DNA from: Patescibacteria group bacterium
GTDB lineage: Bacteria > Patescibacteriota > Patescibacteriia > UBA1558 > UBA10009
NCBI GenBank assembly: GCA_041662565.1
Contig: JBAZSE010000001.1
Location: 257,084 to 321,083, forward strand
DNA: 64,000 bases
Direction: 5' to 3'
Part shown: positions 8,596-15,661 of the stretch, piece by piece
How positions within the stretch are numbered: the stretch's first letter is position 1
Layout of the letters: each line of letters starts with the position of its first letter
Position numbers and translations under genes: made by a program
The notes under the pieces: generated by a model
The model's database searches: none
The model's input: the letters and a program-made list of their open reading frames with translations, nothing else
What the model was told of the DNA's origin: nothing

Positions 8596-9969
8596 CTAAT
8601 AATATCCTTCTCGTTTTTCTAAGTTTTTAAATGAGGCCTGCTCCTCTTGGAAAAAAAGCTTTATTTCGCCGGTTGGGCCGTTACGGTGTTTGGCAATATG
8701 GATTTCGGCCAAGCCCCGTTCTTCCAAGCTAATATCATCTATGCGGTATTTGCGGTCGGCGCTTTTTCTATAAATAAACATTACCACATCGGCATCCTGT
8801 TCAATGGAGCCGGATTCCCTTAAGTGAGCCAAGCGGGGTATGGCTGGGCCTGTCTGTTGTTCTACGGCACGGGAAAGCTGGGAAAGGGCAATAACCGGAA
8901 TTTCTAATTCCCTGGCAATGGCTTTTAAGGCCCTGGTAATTTCTGAAACCTCTTGCACGCGGTTATCGGTTAAGGTGCGACCTTCCATTAACTGCAAGTA
9001 GTCAATAACCAACAAGCCCAAACCATGTTCCAGTTTAAGCCGGCGGGCTTTGGTTCTGATTTCCATAATATTGGCGGTAGCACTATCATCAATAAAGATA
9101 GGAGCTTCGGCCAATGAACCCATAGCAAAATTGATTTTTTGGAAATCATCGTTTTCACCGCTATCCGAAAGGTGCCCTGTTCTCATGTTCCATAAGTTAA
9201 CTCCGGCTTCAGCGCAGAGTAAGCGATCAATTAGCTGTTCTTTGCTCATTTCCAAGCTAAAAATACCTACCGGGATTTTTTCTTTGGTGGCCGCTTGCCT
9301 GGCAATATCCAAGGCGAGTGAGGTTTTACCAACAGAAGGACGGGCGGCAATAATAATCAAATCGCTTTTTTGCAAACCGGCCAGTTTGTTATCCAAATCC
9401 ACAAAGCCCGTAGTAATGCCCCGCAGTTTGCCACCTTGGCGGTGCAGCTCATCAATTCTTTCAAAAGCGCTGGCTAAAATGTTTTTAATGGGAACAAAAT
9501 TCTGCTTAAGGTATTTTTGGGAAATGGAAAAAAGTTTTTGTTCGGCTTGGTCCAAAATATGGTCTACTTCATCATCTTCTTTAAAGCCCAATTCGGTAAT
9601 TTCGCTGGCGGATTTAATCAACCGGCGCAAGGTGGCCTTTTTTTGGATAATCTGGGCGTAGCTTAAAACATGGCTGGCTGTAGGCACCATGTTGGTTAGG
9701 TTGGCTAAGTATGATTGCCCGCCGATTGTATCCAGCTGGTTTTTTTCCCGCAAACGGTTGGCCAAAGATAACAAATCAATCGGCTCGCGTTTTTCATATA
9801 AATCGTACATGGATTCCAAAATCAAGCCGTTGGTTTCTCGGTAAAAATCCTCGGGGCGCAAAATATCAGCTACCTTGGTAATGGCTTCTTTATCAATCAA
9901 AAGACAGCCCAACACGGATTGTTCGGCTTCCAAGTTTTGAGGCGGAATTTTAATTGACCCTTCTGCCAT
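8596..9969 (-). CDS. dnaB: replicative DNA helicase DnaB
   Basis: N-terminal NLEAEQSVLG motif, Walker A ARPSVGKTS, and RecA-like C-domain motifs. Confidence 0.95.
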   Translation of the reverse strand: MAEGSIKIPPQNLEAEQSVLGCLLIDKEAITKVADILRPEDFYRETNGLILESMYDLYEKREPIDLLSLANRLREKNQLDTIGGQSYLANLTNMVPTASHVLSYAQIIQKKATLRRLIKSASEITELGFKEDDEVDHILDQAEQKLFSISQKYLKQNFVPIKNILASAFERIDELHRQGGKLRGITTGFVDLDNKLAGLQKSDLIIIAARPSVGKTSLALDIARQAATKEKIPVGIFSLEMSKEQLIDRLLCAEAGVNLWNMRTGHLSDSGENDDFQKINFAMGSLAEAPIFIDDSATANIMEIRTKARRLKLEHGLGLLVIDYLQLMEGRTLTDNRVQEVSEITRALKAIARELEIPVIALSQLSRAVEQQTGPAIPRLAHLRESGSIEQDADVVMFIYRKSADRKYRIDDISLEERGLAEIHIAKHRNGPTGEIKLFFQEEQASFKNLEKREGYY

Positions 9970-10222
9970 AGAATTAATAAAATCATCTTATCAGAAATCA
10001 ATTTAACAAACAACTGCATTTTTAACACCTTTTGCACTTTAAACTGTGGCTAACAAAAAAGCCGCTTAATTCAGGAACAATTTCTCAAAATACAACTACA
10101 ACCTCAATGTATTGGGGATTTTTCTAATGGAGTCCTGGTCGAGCTAAGCTCGATGGTCCGCATATTCACAATCTTTTTTCGATAGGGCTTTACTTTTAGG
10201 TATCTGGTGTTATTATAAAAGC

Positions 10223-10573
10223 ATGGTTGAAAATATGAGCAAAAACCGAAAAATAATTCTGGATAAACACGACGAAGCATTAACGGATTTTATTCGCACG
10301 GCGATTGACAAAGTTATTGCAAAAGCACATATGCCATCAGGGGTTGCCAAAAGAATTGTTAGTCGTGCTGTGTATCATCGGAATATGGGGCGCAAAGCCG
10401 CCATCGCTAATTACCCATTTAGCGGTATCTGTGAGGTAAGCGGGCTTCCTATAGATGACTCAATCAAGTCGCTTGATGAAATAGAGGGTGCCAAGGGCTA
10501 TGTTAGTGGGAATTTACGTTGGGTATGTCAAAAAGCAAATAATAATGGTACTGGAACTTGCGGTAAATGCTGA
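10223..10573 (+). CDS. small Endonuclease VII/HNH-fold-like protein with substituted catalytic histidines
   Basis: C-terminal pattern C-x...LDEIEG...GNLRWVCQKANNNG...CGKC resembles the Endo VII HLDHDH...RGLLCNLCN block, but has DEIE in place of DHDH. Confidence 0.3.
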   Translation: MVENMSKNRKIILDKHDEALTDFIRTAIDKVIAKAHMPSGVAKRIVSRAVYHRNMGRKAAIANYPFSGICEVSGLPIDDSIKSLDEIEGAKGYVSGNLRWVCQKANNNGTGTCGKC

Positions 10574-10640
10574 ATAAATCATTTCACATAGTATTACTTA
10601 TTTGCGAATTAAATAAAACAATTTATTTAAATATTTTTTT

Positions 10641-10832
10641 ATGAAAAAACAATTTTATACCTTTGTTATTTTAATTATTTTGTTTGTTGTTAGTACTTTC
10701 TATTGGTTTAATATTAGGCCGAGTGATATAAGAAAAACTTGTATAAATTACTCCATGGCTGATGCTGCAAATCAAGAAATTTTTTGGAATAATTATAAAT
10801 TTTGTCTTGCCAGTAAAGGTTTAAAAGAATAA
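10641..10832 (+). CDS. small membrane protein (1 TM)
   Basis: 63-aa ORF with one hydrophobic helix, in an AT-rich island. Confidence 0.3.
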   Translation: MKKQFYTFVILIILFVVSTFYWFNIRPSDIRKTCINYSMADAANQEIFWNNYKFCLASKGLKE

Positions 10833-10845
10833 TTTTATAAAGACA

Positions 10846-11481
10846 ATGAAAAAAATATTAGTAGTATTATTTTTAATTCCAATATTATCAGGGTGTTCTT
10901 TTATTAAAAATAATGTCGTAAAAAATAACAATATAGCCAAAACTGATAACTCAGCGCAGGACAACAATCTTAATTTAGCAACGACAACTGGCAATACACA
11001 AATAAGCAATTTAAATAATGATATATGTAAAACAGCTACTTTTACTCCGCCATTAGAACAAGAGATTGCCTATAATAACGAAATAAAACAAGATGAATAT
11101 GTAAAATATTTAAGGCGTTCGTTAGATGATTATTTATCTTCTAATTTTTCGACTCAATCTCGAGGTTTCGGACTAATTGATGGTATACACTATGCTGACT
11201 CCGCATATGGTAATTTTAATATGATCGACCCTGCTTATCTAAAAAGTAAATTTATAGTTTTATCAACTGATTTTAATCCATTTGGAGGCAAGGGAATAAC
11301 TTTAATATTTAAAAATAAGCCAGATAGAATATTCTATGCGTGGGTTTATAGATATATAGGAGTTGGTTATGATTTGCGTGATCTTAGTGATTACGAAAAA
11401 TTACAAGATGGCTCAAATGGTGTAAAAGAGGTTCAAGCGGGAGCTATTAATCAACTTTGTAATGACGAATTTGGTTTATAA
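10846..11481 (+). CDS. lipoprotein of unknown function
   Basis: Signal peptide with lipobox ILSGCSF, 211 aa. Local GC is very low (<30%). Confidence 0.5.
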   Translation: MKKILVVLFLIPILSGCSFIKNNVVKNNNIAKTDNSAQDNNLNLATTTGNTQISNLNNDICKTATFTPPLEQEIAYNNEIKQDEYVKYLRRSLDDYLSSNFSTQSRGFGLIDGIHYADSAYGNFNMIDPAYLKSKFIVLSTDFNPFGGKGITLIFKNKPDRIFYAWVYRYIGVGYDLRDLSDYEKLQDGSNGVKEVQAGAINQLCNDEFGL

Positions 11482-11673
11482 TTGATAATCAAATTGACTC
11501 GCTCAAGCGATATTGTTATAGTACTGGCAAAGTTAAAATCAATTGTTTTTTTGTGCTGGAATGTGGCAAGGCAAAAATTCTAATTGGGAATTTATAAGTT
11601 TTTATCATTTTGACTTTTCCAATGTTTTTGCTATAATGCCAGTGCTTAAAAAGTATAATATTAATTTACAATT

Positions 11674-12021
11674 ATGCTAAGATTAGCTAATTTATTTCGA
11701 CCAAAATTGCAAGATGAAGCCATGGATGCTTATTTTCATAGATTGCCCAATGGAATACAGGTAGAATGGTTTCGCGATGGGAATTTTATTATCGGTAATA
11801 TTTTTGCAGAGGGGAATAAGTATATGACTCAAGCCGTATCAGCCAATGAATTTATTGAGATGGTTAATGATACTTTATTGGCTGTTTATGATATTCCCAA
11901 AAACTATCAAAACGAACTATTAAAGTATAAAAAATTTAAGCCGTCAATTCAGGAATTTAATGATCTTAATAACGCCGCTATTAAAAAATCTTCGTTAAAA
12001 TTTGAAAAGCAATTAGCGTAA
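11674..12021 (+). CDS. HicB-like antitoxin N-domain protein (UPF0150-like)
   Basis: Pattern VEWFRDGNFIIGNIFAEGNKYMTQAVSANEFIEMVNDTLLAV fits the HicB N-domain consensus (vpdlpg..tqG.t.eEa..n..eai). It is adjacent to a HicA-like ORF. Confidence 0.4.
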   Translation: MLRLANLFRPKLQDEAMDAYFHRLPNGIQVEWFRDGNFIIGNIFAEGNKYMTQAVSANEFIEMVNDTLLAVYDIPKNYQNELLKYKKFKPSIQEFNDLNNAAIKKSSLKFEKQLA

Positions 12022-12027
12022 GAGATT

Positions 12028-12276
12028 ATGACAGAATACGCGGATATTAAATTAAAGAGACTTCGTAATTTTATTAAACATTTAAGCCATAGAACTAACA
12101 TAAAATTAGAAAGAGGCGGTGGCCATGTTGATAAAATTACCTATCCTCATTGGGCAAGGCCATTTCCATTACCCTCAAGGCACGGTACAGTCAATAAGCA
12201 TATTGTTAAGGATTTGTTGGAAAAGTTAATTAACGATGAAATTACCAATCAAGAGGAAATAGATAAAAAATTATAA
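12028..12276 (+). CDS. HicA-like mRNA interferase toxin
   Basis: 82 aa with G-H...YPHWARPFPLPSRHG...HIVKDLLEKL, matching the HicA/YcfA core (GSH...P.H...l....i...l). Confidence 0.5.
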   Translation: MTEYADIKLKRLRNFIKHLSHRTNIKLERGGGHVDKITYPHWARPFPLPSRHGTVNKHIVKDLLEKLINDEITNQEEIDKKL

Positions 12277-12282
12277 ACAAAA

Positions 12283-12310
12283 AACAACGGTTTTAAGCCG
12301 TTGTTTTTGA
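12283..12310 (+). terminator. rho-independent terminator (aacggttttaagccgtt plus T-run)
   Basis: Hairpin followed by TTTTT, immediately after the HicA-like stop. Confidence 0.55.
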
Positions 12311-12346
12311 TACTGGTCCGCCTTATGGGACGAAGTGGGAAGAAAT

Positions 12347-12375
12347 TTGACAGAATTATTGAAATAATCTATAAT
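12347..12375 (+). promoter_or_regulatory. consensus sigma70 promoter TTGACA-17-TATAAT
   Basis: Perfect hexamers with exact 17-bp spacing, about 200 nt upstream of the precursor-like ORF. Confidence 0.55.
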
Positions 12376-12576
12376 ATTATTGTAATAAAATACAGGGTCA
12401 AAATGCCTCAATAAACAGGCCGTTTTGACTTCTTTTATTATAAGGCAATTTTGCTTAAATTAAGCACATTGACAGTAAATTCAGATCTTTATCCGTTAAT
12501 TTCTTATAGTGCAATCAAGTTAAATTGGCGCTGAAAATCAGTAGCCAGCTAAGAGAAAGACGGTTGAGATAAATAC

Positions 12577-12759
12577 ATGGGAGTAAATTTGATGCTTTTT
12601 CCGAACATCAATCGTTGGCGAGATGAAGGATCTAGAATCCCATCATCAGCGCCAAGCAACGTTTCATCGGTCTTAAATGGCACGCAAGATAACAATCTTG
12701 CCGTGTCTCAAGACTGCGAAGCAGACCCGTGCGATTGCACTGGGGATGACGGGGATTAA
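12577..12759 (+). CDS. candidate RiPP precursor peptide (Cys/Asp-rich C-terminal core DCEADPCDCTGDDGD)
   Basis: 60-aa ORF directly upstream of the rSAM/SPASM gene and separated from it by a stem-loop. It has 3 Cys and 7 Asp in the last 16 residues. Confidence 0.4.
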   Translation: MGVNLMLFPNINRWRDEGSRIPSSAPSNVSSVLNGTQDNNLAVSQDCEADPCDCTGDDGD

Positions 12760-12829
12760 TGATTGAAACACCCGGGGTGGTAGAGGTTTTAACAAAATCT
12801 CCGCCACCCCAACATTTCAGGAGAGCAAC

Positions 12830-13858
12830 ATGACTCAACCGGTATTTTCTATCCAGTGGCATATTACTACACGTTGCCAGCAACGTTGCCGTCATTGCTA
12901 TCTTTTTACTTCTCCGGAAGCACAAAAGGAAATATCTGGAGAGAAAAGTGTCACTTTCGACAAGTTAAAACTGATCGCTGACAACTTAGTTTTTTCTTGT
13001 CAAAAGCTAGGCGCTAAACCAAAAACATCAATCACCGGAGGTGATCCAATCCTCCACCCATATTTTTGGGAGCTGCTAGCTTACCTCGAAAAGTTGGGTA
13101 TTAAAGTCAGCATTCTTGGTAATCCATTCAAAATTACCAATAAGGTCGCTGAAAAATTAACTCACCTGGGAGTTAGTAAATACCAAATGTCTTTAGATGG
13201 GCTTCCTGAAACTCATGATCGACTGAGGAAGCCGGGATCATTCGATCGGACAATTCGTGCCAGTAAGATTCTAAAGAAACATGGGATAAAAGTCGGCATC
13301 ATGACTACAGTTTCAAAGTTGAACGCCTCAGAGATACCCTCTTTGATTGAATTAGTAGCTAAAGAAGGAATAAATAGCTACTCATTCGCGCGCTATTGTC
13401 CGACTCACAACGATCTTGGTTATATGTTCAGCCCGCAAGAATACCGCAGTTTTTTAGCTTCGGTTTGGGAAACTTATACTAAGAATGTTGACAGAGGAAC
13501 TAAATTCACATTGAAAGATCATCTTTGGCTTTTATTCCTCAAGGAGGAAGGCCTATTCAGGCCAGAGCCTACTAATGGGATTATTATCAGCGGTTGCGGT
13601 CTTGGCATATCACACTTATCGGTTTTGGCTGATGGTACGGTTTATGCCTGCCGCAGATTTCATAGTCCCGTTGGCCAAGTTCCTGAGCAAAGTTTTTACG
13701 AGATTTTCACCGGAGTTCAAATGAATGAATTTCGGGATTATTCTCGCTTGGAAAAATGCAAGGATTGCGAATTGCTTTGTTACTGCCGTGGCTGTATGGC
13801 AGTCGCCTATGGCTTTACCAATCACTGGACTGCGCCAGATCCACAATGCTGGAAATAA
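12830..13858 (+). CDS. radical SAM enzyme with C-terminal SPASM domain (peptide-modifying maturase-like)
   Basis: N-terminal CQQRCRHC (CxxxCxxC), plus a C-terminal Cys cluster CRRF...CKDCELLCYCRGC typical of SPASM/twitch auxiliary Fe-S domains. Confidence 0.85.
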   Translation: MTQPVFSIQWHITTRCQQRCRHCYLFTSPEAQKEISGEKSVTFDKLKLIADNLVFSCQKLGAKPKTSITGGDPILHPYFWELLAYLEKLGIKVSILGNPFKITNKVAEKLTHLGVSKYQMSLDGLPETHDRLRKPGSFDRTIRASKILKKHGIKVGIMTTVSKLNASEIPSLIELVAKEGINSYSFARYCPTHNDLGYMFSPQEYRSFLASVWETYTKNVDRGTKFTLKDHLWLLFLKEEGLFRPEPTNGIIISGCGLGISHLSVLADGTVYACRRFHSPVGQVPEQSFYEIFTGVQMNEFRDYSRLEKCKDCELLCYCRGCMAVAYGFTNHWTAPDPQCWK

Positions 13859-13927
13859 CCGAATGGGATGGTTTACATTTTAGACCACCCCATTTTTTTT
13901 AAAGCTTATTTGTGATAAAATTGATAT

Positions 13928-14455
13928 ATGCAACAATTCATCAAAGAGGTTTTAAAATATGCCAATAAAGGTAAAATTTTAGACTTGGGAGCCGGGGTAG
14001 GAAAACAGGCCGAGAAATTTTTAGCAACCGGCGCTTCCGTTACTGCGGTTGATAAAAAAAAACCAAAAAAACAAAATCAAAAAATTATCTGGAAAAAATC
14101 CAGAATGGAAGAATTTATTTTTTCTTCGGATTTTACTGATGTTTATGATGTTATTTTCATGCAGAATATAATTCAATTTTTAGATAAAAAATGGACATTA
14201 GCAACTTTAATGCCTGTTTTACAAAGGCACTTATCTAAAAATGGAATAATAGCTATTAGAACTTTTTATAAAAATCCAATTCCTCCCTTTAATAGAGCCC
14301 CTCTCTCACTTTATAAAATCAACACTTTATTATTCTTATTCAAGGGATGGAAAGTTTTATTTGCCAGACAGTTTAAATATGACGGGCCAGGACTTGATGG
14401 AATTAAAAGGCGTTTTTATTTAAGCGATTTAATTGTAAAAAATCAGAAGAAATAA
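13928..14455 (+). CDS. class I SAM-dependent methyltransferase
   Basis: Motif I ILDLGAGVGKQA with a downstream acidic residue. 175 aa. Confidence 0.6.
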   Translation: MQQFIKEVLKYANKGKILDLGAGVGKQAEKFLATGASVTAVDKKKPKKQNQKIIWKKSRMEEFIFSSDFTDVYDVIFMQNIIQFLDKKWTLATLMPVLQRHLSKNGIIAIRTFYKNPIPPFNRAPLSLYKINTLLFLFKGWKVLFARQFKYDGPGLDGIKRRFYLSDLIVKNQKK

Positions 14456-14463
14456 AACAAAAG

Positions 14464-14488
14464 CAACGGCTAAAACCGTTGTTTTTAA
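14464..14488 (+). terminator. rho-independent terminator (aacggctaaaaccgtt plus T-run)
   Basis: Hairpin then TTTTT after the methyltransferase stop. The same hairpin family appears at 12283. Confidence 0.5.
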
Positions 14489-14489
14489 T

Positions 14490-14566
14490 TGGTCCGCACA
14501 GCAGGATTCGAACCTGCGACCGTTTGCTTAAAAGGCAACTGCTCTACCAGGCTGAGCTATGTGCGG
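14490..14566 (-). tRNA. tRNA-Lys (anticodon UUU)
   Basis: Hand-folded cloverleaf: acceptor CCGCACA/TGTGCGG, D-arm GCTC..GAGC, anticodon loop CTTTTAA, T-arm GCAGG-TTCGAAT-CCTGC, encoded CCA. Confidence 0.85.
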
Positions 14567-14760
14567 GCGTGTGGTAGACTATAATTTCATAACTTTCGCT
14601 AGAATAACACAATCTTTGCCGTTTGGCAAGCCCGTAGGCATTTTTGATAAGAAATGAATGGAATTTTTGAGAATTGGCAAAAATTATTTTTTATGGTAAG
14701 ATAGTAGTAGTAATGATGATTTCACGATCATCCATTTTTTATCATTAACCATACAAAAAT

Positions 14761-15555
14761 ATGGAAAATCAAGATCAAGCTTGTTCCGGCAATGGCTGTT
14801 GCCGATCAATGTTTTCAGCAAAGCATCTCATTGCCTTAGTGCTAATTTTAGGCGCTATTACTTTGGGTATTGTGTCTTTAGTGAGGGATAGAATTGTTAA
14901 TCCTGATCGCAATCAGGTTTCGTTTACGGCCGATGCCAAGGTTTTTGCCAAACCGGATATTGCTCAAATCCAACTGGCTGTTAAAACCGAACGCTCCAAA
15001 GATGCCGTTACAGCGGTTAAAAATAACACTGCTAAAATGAATGCGGTAACCGATAAGTTAAAAGAGCTGGGTATTGAAGATAAAGATGTTAAAACAACCA
15101 ATTATAATTTAAGCCCGGAATACGATTACACCATTAATGTGGGCCGAAGCACTTTAGCCGGCTACAGTGTTTATCAGGAAGTAACCGTTAAAATCAGAGA
15201 TTTGGATAAGGTTGGCACGATTATTGAAGCCGCAACATCAGCCGGATCCAATCAAGTTGGCGGTATTTCTTTTACCATTGATGATTTAACTGAAATTAAA
15301 AAGCAAGCCAGAGCCGAGGCCATTGCCAAAGCCAAAGAGCAAGCCAAGAGCATGGCCGAACTAACCGGCATCAAATTAGGCAAACTGGTTAATGTTTACG
15401 AAAATACCGGCAGCCCAATGCCATACTATGATAACGGCATTTACTCGGCTAAAACCATGGGTATGGGCGGCGCGGAACTATCTGTTGCTCCAACCATTCA
15501 AACCGGTGAAAATGAAGTTAGGGTCGAAATTACTTTGAGTTACGAAGTTAAATAA
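14761..15555 (+). CDS. SIMPL (DUF541) family protein with N-terminal CSGNGCC motif and TM anchor
   Basis: The central and C-terminal region matches the SIMPL/26-kDa periplasmic immunogenic protein pattern. The N-terminus is MENQDQACSGNGCC followed by one TM helix. Confidence 0.65.
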   Translation: MENQDQACSGNGCCRSMFSAKHLIALVLILGAITLGIVSLVRDRIVNPDRNQVSFTADAKVFAKPDIAQIQLAVKTERSKDAVTAVKNNTAKMNAVTDKLKELGIEDKDVKTTNYNLSPEYDYTINVGRSTLAGYSVYQEVTVKIRDLDKVGTIIEAATSAGSNQVGGISFTIDDLTEIKKQARAEAIAKAKEQAKSMAELTGIKLGKLVNVYENTGSPMPYYDNGIYSAKTMGMGGAELSVAPTIQTGENEVRVEITLSYEVK

Positions 15556-15661
15556 ATATCAAAAAGCTCCGGCATTACTTACGGTAAAAGTCGGAGCTTT
15601 TTTAATTACCAAAATTTTCAAATTCCTGTATAATAGAGGTATTATTTTTAATATTTGTTAT

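Noticed and set aside
9050-9661. 203-aa plus-strand ORF inside dnaB
   Set aside because: Antisense to a high-confidence DnaB. No independent signals.
12632-12925. 97-aa minus ORF overlapping the precursor peptide ORF and the rSAM start
   Set aside because: Antisense to two better-supported plus-strand genes and spanning their intergenic hairpin.
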